A stretch of 64,000 nt of DNA, taken from NCBI RefSeq assembly GCF_006345805.1, contig NC_043006.1, forward strand, positions 43,772,001 through 43,836,000, given 5' to 3'. Below the pieces are notes generated by a model. That model saw only the letters and a program-made list of their open reading frames with translations. It was not told where the DNA came from and searched no databases. Below are positions 28,901 through 40,552 of the stretch, one piece after another. Numbering within the stretch: the stretch's first letter is position 1; each line of letters opens with the position of its first letter. Both the position numbers and the translations under genes were made by a program. This DNA is from Octopus sinensis (taxonomy: Eukaryota).

Positions 28901-31900
28901 ATTGCAATGTACTGTGTGTGAGTGTGTGAGGGTGTGCACACATGCACGTGTATATGTTTTTATGTATAAATATATATATATATATATTGTGTATGTGTAT
29001 GTAAGTATGTATATCCACAAAGACTGGTTTTGATACTTTTCTTCTTTTTTTTCTATCCTCTTCTTTCTTTCAAGTTGAGATTCCCTGAAGTCTATTCCAA
29101 AATTGAATAAATTGTATTGTGGAAAGGAAATGGAGAAAGGAAGAAAGAAACAAAATAAAATATAATGGAACCAGGAAGTGATCAGTTTGGTATCATTACA
29201 GAGAACTCCAAAAGGGCTTTGTACAAATCCATCTATAGTTTAGTAAGGATCACAATAAAGGATGCTAGCAATTATATTAGTAGTAGTGATGGCAGTGGTG
29301 TTATGAAAATGGAGCCAGGGAAAAGGAATCCTTAGTAAATGCCGTCACATAAAACCAGGCTTTAGTAGTTCCTGCATTTGAGCAGATCTGTAGGGAAACA
29401 CAAGGAACACTTCAAAAATAGAAAGCTCCGCATTATTTTATGTGAAATAATTCCAAGAATAAAGGAGCAAATGAGTAAAAATGTTCATGATGCATTCACA
29501 GGTCTGTTGTAGTAAATGTGTGTTGTAGTAGGCCTCAAAACTTCAACTGAAAAAACCCAAAGAAGAAGGGATCAGTTGTAGGGGAAGGAAGCAAGATATT
29601 GAAAGAAAGGGATGCTACAGTCTGCTGTTGCTGTTGCTGCTGCTGCTGCTACATAGGAGAATGCCATTGACAACAGTGGAGTCTGTATTGTAATTTCCAT
29701 GATGAATCAATGTGCATAGACCACCAGTAGCTAGCAGCCCCCACCATACAAGCAATACTGCAGAAGTATGTGTAAGAATCCCAAATTGTTGCTGGAAGAA
29801 CCAGCCAGCCAGTCAGGCAGTCAGTCAGTCAGTCAGAAGGAGAGAAAGAGGTAAGGGGCTTGTAAAAGTGAAAAGTATTGCCAATAATACAACAACAGTA
29901 GTAGCTGGAAAAATGAAAGGAGAGGGGAGGATGCCGGAAAAAGTTGATGATGTTGCTGCAGATAGCCAAAAAGTAACCCCCATACACAAGAAGACAAATT
30001 TCTATATGAGAGAATGCAGTTTCTTTACATCATAAAATAGTTTAAATGATAGCCGGTTTGTCAAAGGGATCAATTGAAAAGAATCTATGTTGGCAGTGTC
30101 ACATACGAAAATCAGTCACCAGTAGACAATTATATTCTCCACACCAATATTAAACTGAATTATTACACTCTTCCAAAAGTGAGGAATGAAATAAATCTAA
30201 GTAACTTCAGAAGTGGCAATGTTCTCTTCAAAAAAAGATTTATTTTTAAATTGATTTTAATTAATATCTAAAGCTGAAAGATCTTGAAATATTATCCAGA
30301 GAGCTAAAATAGTATTAAATCAAAAACTACTACAAAGTAGGAAACTAGTACAGTCATGAAAATATTGGTGAAAAGAGATAACTAAGAATTTGATTGAAAG
30401 CCCATATGAAATTTATATTGGTTTTAAGAGAAACAGAGACAGGAGTGGTGAAGAATGGTAGTAAGGTGGGAGTGTGAAATCAATAACACCAGTATGACAA
30501 AGATGTACAGCACTTCTACCAACCAACATTCAGTCAGATTCTTAGAGCGTTTTCTTTTTATCTTTCTGAATGAAAAATCCTGTTTAATCTCCTTTCTTTG
30601 CATATTAATCCATTTACTCCAAACCACTGTCGACTTGGAGGTAAGTATTTTTGTATTTAATCATTTGTTCAAACCCTGAATTGTTTATACAATCAATTGT
30701 CATTCTTTAAAGAGGAGGAAAGAACAGATAGAGGAATAGAGTGAGTAGAGAAATAAAGAGGCAGACACGGAAACAAGATAGCCCAGCCCGAAATGACCAA
30801 ATTGGTTGCAGAACCAGCAAGGGGGTGGCAGTAAAGATGCACAATAATGGACAGTGGTGTCAAACAAAATCCATGGGACTAAAGTATGATCAATAGTTGA
30901 AAAATAAAAGTAGCAAATGATTCAGTGCCAATTGGCAGATAATTCTGCATTAAGTAGCTCCTTGAGTGCATTCCATGGGATACGAAAAACAGGGTTGGGT
31001 AGAGAAATAAAAACTGGTGTAGCAATGTTGATTTTGGAGATTCACTTCAGGATGGCAACGGCTCAAGATTTCAGCAACATCAATGCCATGGCTTTATTTC
31101 CAGCGCAATGAATGGGAGGGGCAGCAAACACAATTTATCTTCCCTAGATTAACAATAACAGAATCAAGTGTCCAATTAAAATATATTCTACAGCAGACCT
31201 TCTGCACACACACACACACACACAAACACACAAAAGTGGACCAGGGCTTTATAATTCCTAAAATACTGTGCAAATAAATGCAGTTGGCAAATAAGCAGTC
31301 AACTGGCAGTAGTAAATAAACTAAAGCAGAGCTAGATGTCTACCCAATCTATAAATTATACAGCTGCTTTCCTAACTTGAACTATTTATCAATATTCTAG
31401 CAATGCACTTTTATATATAGTTATTTTATTACTTTATCCTTTTTTTTTTGTTTTTGTCCTAAACCATTACTAACAGTATACTAGTTGCTACCAAGTTGCT
31501 AATGTAAAACCAGATTACGGTTTTATTTTGTAATTGGGTAACCATTTGCAAAAATCCTGCAGACCAATAAAGAAAATATCTGCACAAAATATATCAGTGT
31601 TCAGTTAAAAAATAAGATTGGGGTTATCGCTGATCAATACGAGTAACTACAGAGTAAGTAAAATATATCTTCAAATAAACATTTGAAAAAAAAAACCAGG
31701 GATGCATAAAAGCAACATGTATCTTTGAGGTAAGGTTGAAAATTTTTTTATTTGCGTTTGTGTAACTGAATCCCCCACAAAAATACCAGTGAAATCAACA
31801 TGCTGAGAAACTGACCAAATAGATATTAACACTGCTCAGCAGCTTCTGAACTTGATGATGAAAATTTTACCACTTTTATCAAGCTTCTTTAACAATAGTA

Positions 31901-32019
31901 CGAATGAGTTAAAAAGCAAAGAATTGTTTAGGAAAACTAACTGGATTACCTCATCTATTAATCTGTCTTTTTGTACCCAATCTGTGTGTATGTGTGTGTG
32001 TAATTTATTGATTTCAAAT

Positions 32020-32370
32020 TTTGGCACAAGGCCTTCAATTTAGGAGTGGTAAGCCAGTTACATTAAGCCCAGTGCGCAACTGGTACTTATCACAGTAATC
32101 CCTCAACTATCGCAGGTGATATGTTCCACCCGTCCTCCCCGCCACAATAGGTGAAATCCATGAAGTAGAAACATTATTTTTTAATTATCTTTATAATTTG
32201 TATATATTTATTTCATTATAAATGTAAAACAACACCACGGAGGAATTAACGTAAGCTTAAATAATAAACCATGATAGGTGAACCGCGATATGGCATTGAA
32301 CTCAGAGCATGAAGTTGGATGAAATCCTGCTGAGCATTTCACCCAGCATGCTACCAATTCTGTTAACTTG
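32020..32370 (-). mobile_element. Family B SINE split by a MITE insertion
   Basis: 3' part at 32020-32090 (ggcacaaggcc...actggtacttat) and 5' part at 32295-32370 (ttgaactcagagc...ctgctgagcatttcacccagcatgctaccaattctg). Confidence 0.6.
32093..32294. mobile_element. pogo/Tigger-like (Tc1-mariner) MITE, right TIR truncated
   Basis: Begins cagtaatccctcaactatcgcagg and ends gaaccgcgatatggc. This resembles Tigger/MER2-type termini recalled as CAGTAATCCCTCG...CCGCGATA..GAGGG. Confidence 0.5.
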
Positions 32371-32479
32371 ATATCTTAATTAATCAATTAATTATTACTG
32401 CTCTAAACTTTTTAGAGTGTGCTTCTTTTCGGTCTTCTGAAGTACCAACCGATATATATATAAACGATGATGATGATGA

Positions 32480-32521
<42 letters not shown>

Positions 32522-32880
32522 CACACATATACATATATATATACACATATACACACATATATACATACATATATATATATATATACACATACATATATAC
32601 ATACATATATACACATATACATACATACACATATAAATATACATATATACACATACATATATACACACACATATATACACACACATATATACATACATAT
32701 ATATTCACATATATAAACACATACACACACACATATATATATATATACATACATATATATATACACACATATATACACATACATATATATGCACACACAC
32801 ACACACATATATACATATATACACACATATATACATATATATGTACATGCATATATACATACATACATTTATACACACCC
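32480..32880. repeat. (TA)/(CA)/(TACA) mosaic microsatellite
   Basis: About 400 bp made almost only of alternating purine-pyrimidine units. Confidence 0.95.
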
Positions 32881-33410
32881 TGTGTTATAGTCAAGTTACA
32901 CTGCATAACACTTTAGGTATTTGTCTACTGAGTGGATATGGTAGGTAGAAACTGAAAGAAGCCTATCATACATATGTATGCATCATAGTGGAGTGGGGGG
33001 GGGGGCTGCAACAATTACACAAACTGGAGGACCTGGAAAGGCAAGGGCATAGCTCCTTTCTCCACATCGGGCCAGTAAAGAAAATAAAAACAAAACAACT
33101 TGTAGCTACTGTAGGAATGTTTAGCCTTGTATCGTTTTTAAATTTTGCACTTTCAAGGTATCAATGTCTAATAATATTTGTTCAAACAAATGTAAATATC
33201 CAACTTTGTAAAAAGAAATCTAACCAATGCTAAAACTTTTGAAACAACATCCCTTAACCCATTAGTCATCATATCTCTGCTAAAATACACTGCTTTTGCT
33301 ACAATTGGTTTTGAAAATAATAATTAATTAAAATAAATTTGGCGTTGTTAAGCAGGTGTTTGGAACATAAGTTAACAGAGTTTTGGTGTAAAGTTTTAAT
33401 TTAGATCATT

Positions 33411-33638
33411 TTAACCCTTTAGCATCTAAACTGGTCATAACAGGCCCATATATTCAAGCTGTTCTATGTTTAGACCATCCAGATCCAGTCTCTCACACCT
33501 ATCCTACAATGTCATTCTAAAAATAAGCAATTACATAATTGAAATCTTGAAGCTATGAGTTATTACATGATTAATTCAAACCAATTTGAATAAATGAGCA
33601 TTACACTTGATAGAGTAATTTGAATGCTAAAGAGTTAA
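33411..33638. mobile_element. TTAA-flanked piggyBac-type MITE (second family)
   Basis: ttaa|ccctttagcat ... atgctaaagag|ttaa: an 11-bp TIR with one mismatch and a TTAA duplication. Confidence 0.75.
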
Positions 33639-33642
33639 ACAT

Positions 33643-34062
33643 AAGCATAGGAGTGGCTGTGTGGTAAGTAGCTTGCTTATGAACCACATGGTTCTGGGTT
33701 CAGTCCCACTGCATGACACTTTGGGCAAGTGTCTTCTACTATAGCCTCAAGCCGACCAAAGCCTTGTGAGTGGATTTGGTAGACGGAAACTGAAAGAAGC
33801 CCATCATATATATGTGTGTGTGTGTGTGAGTGTGTGTGTGTGTGCATATGTTTGTGTGTCTGTGTTTTCCTCCCAACATCACTTGACAACCGATGCTGGT
33901 GTGTTTACGTCCCCGTAACTTAGCGGTTCGGCAATAGAATCCGATAGAATAAGTACTAGGCTTACAAAGAATAAGTTCTGGTGTCGATTTGCTCAACTAA
34001 AGGTGGTCCTCCAGCATGGCCACAGTCAAATGACTGAAACAAGTGAAAGAGTAAAAGAGTAA
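33643..34062 (+). mobile_element. Family A SINE, full length and little diverged
   Basis: All segments are present and CpGs are retained (ttacgtccccgtaacttagcggttcggc). Confidence 0.9.
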
Positions 34063-35493
34063 ATGAAGTTTATATTACATAACTTGGAATGGTCTCAGAC
34101 AGGCTGGTTAAAGGGTTAAACAAACAATGAAGAATTATTGAAAGTTGGTTTGAAACAAACCAGCCAAGGACATATTTGGCTCCCAGAATTATTTTGTAGA
34201 CCAATAATTAAACTACAAAAGCTCTTAGAACTGAAAAGCAGTGTCAAGTAGTCGCTGACCGTTACATCCTTGAGCAGAGCATCAATTGTACTTAACAAGT
34301 GCTTCATTTTTTTCACTTTCTTTTTTATTTTACTTTTTCTCCCATGAAAGAATATTTTTAAGACTCTCGAACGAACACTGATTCAAATTTAGCTTCTTCA
34401 CATGAAATTCCACAGCTATTTACTCAATTCTCTCAAAACTAAAAGAGGTTATCTATTTATTTATTATTCATTAGAAAGAGGTATTTTTAAATAAAGAAGC
34501 AAAAACAAAAAAAATTAATATTGAAATACACAAAAAAAAAGATAAAAATTGAGCATAAATTTAAAACAATTTACTGCATTTCAATTATTTATGGAGAAAA
34601 AAAATTATACAGCTTTGGACTGAAGTTCAATTAAAAGAGGCAAAGTTTTACTGATAAAATTATTTCACTTCATCTTCATTGCATTGCTTCAACATCAACA
34701 CCAACCACTGTTTCTACACCAGATTTCATGAAAATATATTCATTTGCTTTCAAAATAGAATTTTCTATTTTGTTGTTTGTTTTTGTTGTTTCTCTCTTCC
34801 TCCTCCTCCTCCTCCATAGAGTTGTTGAATTTTAATAAAGGTAAATTGTTTTCATTCAGAATTCACTTGCTTAAGAAATATAACATCTTTTAAAAATCAT
34901 ATTAATAAAAGATATTCAAGAATTCTTTTTAAATAATATTAATAAAAGAAACCTGAGTTATGATCTCTCTTCCTCTCTCTCAAACACACACACGCACGCA
35001 CACACAAACTTTCTCACATAACTTCTGAAGGCAAAATTTAACTGTTGTAGCAATAAAATAAATATATGAAAACTACTCAGTTCATATATTATAATTAGCT
35101 CCCTGTGTTATTATGGGTTTTATAAGTTTGCCTACACCATTACAAAAGCTCTCCAAACTATTGAAAAATAACAGGGTATCCTCAAAAGAAAGTAGCCACA
35201 AAGTATAATACAAACCTTCATGATAACACATAAGCAATATGGATAAGAGCTTAAAGCAGTGGAATTACAGACCAAAGTTTGGCTACTATCAAAAGTAACT
35301 GACTTTTGTTATTGTTCCGCTCCAGTGAATTGAATTCACAGATATGGTGTACAATGAAGATTTTCAGTTGCTTGATCAAGTGAATAACTGCTTTTGAATT
35401 AACATGGAAGTGGCTGGCCATTCCACAGGAATGCATATTCTAAGTTAATATTATGAGGAGAGTATGTTGTGAGAGCATAATAATACACACAGA

Positions 35494-35852
35494 GGCACAG
35501 GTGTGGCTGTGTGGTAAGAAGCTTGCTTCCCAAGTTTATGCTTCCAGGGTTAGGCCCACTGTGTGGAAACCTTGGGTAAGGGTGCCACACTAGAGCTTCA
35601 GGCCGACAAAATCCTTGTGAGCGGATTTGGTGGATGAAAACTAAAAGAAGCCTGTTGTGTGTGTGTGCGTGCGTGTGTCTCTCCGCCACTACTTGATAAC
35701 CTGTGTTGATGTGTTTACATCCCTGCAACTTAGCAGTTCAGCAACAGAGACCAATAACATAAGTACCAGATATTAAAAAAAACAAAAGTTAGTGGAGTTG
35801 ATTCATTCAACTAAATAGTCTTCGAGGTGGTGCCCCAGTATGGCCACAGTCT
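35494..35852 (+). mobile_element. Family A SINE
   Basis: ggctgtgtggtaagaagcttgcttcccaa...accttgggtaag...ccccagtatggccacagtc. Confidence 0.8.
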
Positions 35853-35904
35853 AAGGCACAGACAAACAATATTTTCAGACAGGCATCAATGGGTCGAAGT
35901 AAAA

Positions 35905-36018
35905 TAATCCTCTCTACTAAAAGCACAAGGTCTGAAATTTTGGGGGAGGGGACTAGTCAATTACATTGACCCCAGTGTTTTACTGGTACTTAATTTATCG
36001 ATCCCGAAAGGATGAAAT
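35905..36018 (-). mobile_element. Family B SINE, 3' half
   Basis: tctactaaaagcacaagg...actggtacttaatttatcgatcccgaaaggatgaaa. Confidence 0.75.
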
Positions 36019-36222
36019 AAAATAATGAAGAGGATAATGTAAGAAAACTACATTAGATGTTCGAAACCACAGCAAGTATTCCTGGGCAGGAGCAGGACAC
36101 ATCATTTCATATTTTCTTCATTCATTTCAATGTCTAGAATTGATTCAAGACTTCCTGACAAAGTAATAATAGACCTGATGCATTCCATTAACATATATTT
36201 CTTGAATCATAAACAGTCAAGC

Positions 36223-36433
36223 TTAACCTTTTCATTACGGTATTTATTTTGAGATGCTCTGCGTTTCTTTCAATTAATTTTAAATATAACAAACAATTTA
36301 GTAAAATAACTTAGTTACCATTAAACTGTGATTAAGGTTCAATAGATGATTTTAATTAAAAACTTATGGAAACATGACATTTGTACTACAGAGCCAGAAC
36401 CGGTTTCAGCCGGATTGATATCAAAAGGGTTAA
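36223..36433. mobile_element. TTAA-flanked piggyBac-type MITE
   Basis: ttaa|ccttttcattac ... gatatcaaaaggg|ttaa. The interior is similar to 52408-52876. Confidence 0.75.
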
Positions 36434-36899
36434 AGCAGTAGACTACGAGCTGACATTCGACCACCAACAGACATGCTTCAGTCTCTAACCGACAGGCATG
36501 CTCTCATCTGTCTTTCCTGTCGCTACTGCAAAGGCCCCTGCTTCTCAGAGCTGGCTGGTTTCATACTATCACTACGCAATACACAGCTGACCCACTTCTC
36601 TCTCCAGCTGTACCTGACCCTCACTATGTTCACTCCCGCCCTCTCAGCCCTACACTAACCACTAGCCTAGTCCTTCCTCCCCAGAATATTGGATCTCCGG
36701 AACCCCTGTTCATATTTTCACTGCAGGTGTTGACTAGTAGTACAACTAGAACAGTAATTACATGAAGTCCACCAGTCTTAGAGGGCCTAAGGTCATGGGC
36801 ACTGCTGCTTCCTTCAGACTCAGCAGAGCACAAGGTGAACTCATCATCAGAAGAGGAAAATTTGGGTTACCCTCTAGAGCTGATGCCCCCAAATGCTGA

Positions 36900-37950
36900 C
36901 AATCACCACGGAAAATATAATTTAGACAAAACCTAGTTGATTGATAATAACTCTAGCTAGATGAATGAATGCCTTCACTTCTACCTCTAAATTAATCCCA
37001 TAAATATATGAAGACATTGATTTTTGACATCTCCCAGTAAAACTCATAGCACAATAACCTAGGTAAATCAATCTTTTTGTCACTATATTTCTGTTGGAAT
37101 ACACTGCCCTTGATCCTATTAATTTTTAAAATAAGGAAGAATTTAGTATAATAACTTTGTCATTATTCAGCTGGTGCTTAAAACCTAAATTAGCATGATC
37201 ACTTAAAATCAAGAAACTTCCATCATAGAATTATGGGTAATTCCAGGAAGATTGGTATCAAGTGTGTTGGAGTCCTCCAAATAACAAAATAGCTGGTTGG
37301 TTGTCCTTGAAAACTTTTACTGTGTCTCCAAAAAAGGAGTTACTGCCTGTAAACTGAGAAGTATTAGATATAAAATATTAAGCATTCGTGCTGACAAATT
37401 CTAGATAGTTTCCATCACTGCTAAATGTTATACCAACAGCCTTGCATGCTTCCTCATCAACTGAAATTCAAGCAGCTCTCTCCTTTGTCTCTTCTAAGAT
37501 TAATTTCCCATTAATGCTAATGACATCTCATTGTGGTTATAATTTCAACTGATTAAAAATTATTTTCTGCTCACTATCTTAAATATGGTGAACTAAACCT
37601 AATTATATATTCTTCAAACAGAAAGTACTCTGGATTGAGGGTTTCTTTTCCAGTGTTATTTAGAATATTGAACCAAACTTAGACAAATTATGGACAATGT
37701 TCATCATTTTCCACCTGGTTCTTGAACAATAAATTTTAACAGAAGCTTGCAGCAAAGTCTACTTTAAGAAATTCAGTGGCACAGCTTCTTATATTTTATT
37801 TAAACACAGCTTTTATCATTCCTGATGTTTATGCTAAAATAGATGATGAAAATATTGTAGGTAGACCAAGTCTGTCAAATGACTTCATAGAATCACATAT
37901 GTTAAACGTTTTCAAAAAAAGAAAAGCAAAATAGGGGAAGAAAGCATTCC
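36900..37950 (-). mobile_element. Decayed non-LTR retrotransposon reverse-transcriptase fragment (RTE-like)
   Basis: Ordered minus-strand remnants: ICDSMKSFDRL (cf. FxDxxKAFDxV), ITLEK (cf. FNIxLEK), EEACKAVGITF (cf. EAKKVGLxIN), then RIKGSVF and FIHLAR (cf. WFGHVAR). A MITE-like piece lies near 37120-37220. Confidence 0.5.
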
Positions 37951-39369
37951 AACAAATTCTAAACATTGAAAGCCATATTTTAAGTTTTGACTTCTGTATA
38001 ATCACTGCTGCAAAGTATCACCTAGACATTCACTTTAAGACACATACATACAAACATACGTAATGTATCTATCTGTATACACAGACATTCCAGTATAAAT
38101 TACTAAGTTGACATTTGCTTCAATTTTCACTGAGGTAGCTTATCAAACTGTCAGTTCCAATGAGGTGGGGCTTCTTATCAAACTGACAGCATTATGATCC
38201 AGAATCCAAAGTAACTGGTGGTGGTCAGCTTCAGCAAATATTCAATCATAAGAGTTCACAGAGAGGAAAAACAAACAAAACAAAAATTATAAATAAATAA
38301 ATAAATAAGAGTTGATTTGTCGGGAGGGATGAAAAACCCATTATTTTGTATACTAGTCTATCTTCAGAGGTGGGAAAAATATAGAGGCTAATACCATGGT
38401 TGCAGAAAGATGAATATCCTGCAAGTGTGGAATTGACGACTTCCTTTCCAAAGAACAAGTGAATTAATCCACCAGTCAAAAAATTTATTTTCCTGTGACC
38501 AAAGTATCATTTCTATATTCTTTCTTTCCAAAGATGGAATAGTGTGCAAAATGTTTGAGTTTTCACCCCTCTACAGCCAACCAACTTATTCTGGTCTATG
38601 TTTCTCCCTTTGCACAAAAACTTTAATCAAACTGACACTTTGGTAAAACAACCTTGGAGAAACTCCAAAGTAACTGTCAATATTCTTATAAATAAATAAC
38701 AACAAGCTTAATGTATATAGTGCTCAGTCGGCTCTATGGCTCTATCTTTGTGTGGTATCCTTCTTTCAGTAAATATTTGCTGTTTTTATAGAATTAAGAA
38801 CACTCCACATACACATACACTCACATATATATATACATATATGAAGGGCTTTGATCCAAAGGTTAAGAAGACCAGCTGCACTATGAAAATATATTTTTAA
38901 AATAGTTTATGCCGTAAGCTTAGCTGATGATCTTTAAGTGTCAGTTTGGCACAGAAAGTGAAATCAATTGATACTGCAATGTCTATTCTTTTCTTTGTAG
39001 TTTTACAAACAGGAAGGACTGTTTTTTAGAATTTGTGCTACATTCTCCATGTGTCTTCACATGTAGTGAGATATGCCTGGCTTTGAGTGTTTAACTCTTC
39101 TTTCTAGCAAACAGGTGCATATTGTATTCTGACTTGCAATAATATACATTTTGCCTATTTTGGTTATGTTTGTTGGCCACTTTATCATTATGTTTTTAAA
39201 GATACTGATAACATATTTGAATTTTGTGTGTGTGTGTTTATATATAATAATAATAATAATAATGATGATGATGATGATAATAATAATAATATTAGGGAGT
39301 ATAACTTCAAACTTACAGGGAAAAATTCAATTTAGTATTAAATCAAATTTCACAATATAAATATATAAA

Positions 39370-39545
39370 ATATAAATTAGAGAAAAAAAACACTATTATG
39401 CAATTCAAACAATGATAGACATAAACCAAATCATAAATACAAAATAAAATATATTTTTATAAAGCAAATAACTAGATTTATGATTTGGTTTATGTCTATC
39501 ATTGTTTGAATTGCATAATAGTGGGTTTTTTTCTCTAATTTATAT
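39370..39545. repeat. Inverted repeat, ~69-bp arms and a ~37-nt spacer
   Basis: atataaattagag...aaatcataaat versus its reverse complement at 39476-39545; they differ only at the A-run/CC position. Confidence 0.95.
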
Positions 39546-39689
39546 TATATATATATATATATACTATATATTTATATAGTGGAATTTCTTGTCATAGAGG
39601 ACAGACAAGGATTCAGCAATTACTGACACAGAGGATTTGCATATAGTGATCAAATGTTTGTGTTGAACATTAGTTCACTCTCGCCATCA

Positions 39690-40027
39690 AATCAACATTA
39701 CTTGTACACATTATTTACATTATTTACAATTGACAGATATTTGTCCTCATCTTATTTGTTGTTAACACGTTTCAGCTGATATACCCTTCAGCCTTCATCA
39801 GGTGTCATGGGGAAATTTCAAACCTGGGTTCTCATTCCTAAGGTATTTTTTATTGTTGTTGTTATTATTATTATTATTATCATTATTATTATGGGAAAAT
39901 GGAGACAACCTCCTCCTCCCTGTGGGATGAAGTTAAAATAACAGACAGAGAACACCACTGGAAAATACGAAAACTAAAAGAAGCAGCACATATGATAAGG
40001 TACAACAACCTCCCAAGCAGACTATAA
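39690..40027. mobile_element. Penelope-like element: inverted pLTR (39690-39880, minus) plus GIY-YIG endonuclease C-terminus (39893-40027, plus)
   Basis: The plus frame gives LWDEVKITDREHHWKIRKLKEAAHM, matching the PLE WDxVKIxDxExxWxxRKxKEA motif. An inverted pLTR upstream of a 5'-truncated body is the typical PLE layout. Confidence 0.7.
39764..39806 (-). ncRNA. Degenerate minimal type I hammerhead ribozyme in the PLE pLTR
   Basis: Minus strand: GACAC-CUGAUGA-A-GGCUG-aagggtatat-CAGCU-GAAAC-GUGUU. Core, stem II and stem I are present; the cleavage triplet is missing. Confidence 0.55.
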
Positions 40028-40240
40028 GGTGAGCTGGCAGAAATGTTAGCATGCCCGGCAAAATGCTTAGTGGTATTTTGACTGTCTTTACATTCTGAGT
40101 TCAAATTCTGCTGAGGTCGACTTTGTCTTTCATCCTTTCAGGATCGATAAATTAAGTGCCAGTTAGTTGCATACTGGGATCAATCAAATTGACTGGCCCC
40201 CTCCCCAAAAAGTTCGGGCCTTGTGCCTAGAGTAGAAATG
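40026..40240 (+). mobile_element. Family B SINE, full length
   Basis: aaggtgagctggcagaaatgttagc...gaggtcgactttgtctttcatcctttcaggatcgataaattaagtgccag...ggccttgtgcctagagtagaaa. Confidence 0.85.
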
Positions 40241-40252
40241 TGTATATATATA

Positions 40253-40290
<38 letters not shown>

Positions 40291-40306
40291 TTCTACTCTA
40301 GGCACA
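40222..40306. repeat. Inverted duplication of a SINE tail across (TA)n
   Basis: tgtgcctagagtagaaatgtgta-(TA)n-tacacatttctactctaggcaca, with perfect 23-bp arms. Confidence 0.95.
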
Positions 40307-40322
40307 TAAATAAATATGTATA

Positions 40323-40357
<35 letters not shown>

Positions 40358-40509
40358 CTTTTAAATTTGTTTATCGTAATGTCTAGAATATGCAAATAAA
40401 GCTCCTATTCCATTATGCCGGTCACCATCTAATGATGCTGACTGGTGAACCAGTTTTTAGGAGTTGCATCAAGTTTTACCGATAAAATGTAGGATAAAGA
40501 TAAATATAA

Positions 40510-40552
<43 letters not shown>

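Larger units (their letters stand above)
33254..34119. mobile_element. TTAA-flanked piggyBac-type MITE, split by a second MITE and a SINE
   Basis: Left end ttaacccatt at 33254; right end ctggttaaagggttaa at 34119. The interior resembles the 36223 and 52408 copies. Confidence 0.55.

Noticed and set aside
30710-31150. About 150-codon minus frame interrupted only by TGA (possible NUMT or selenoprotein)
   Set aside because: No similarity to mitochondrial proteins, no SECIS seen, and several such frames are expected by chance.
36922-37104. piggyBac transposase resemblance (MSFTGR...YGIN)
   Set aside because: No catalytic Asp motifs are present, and the collinear upstream frames match a LINE reverse transcriptase better.
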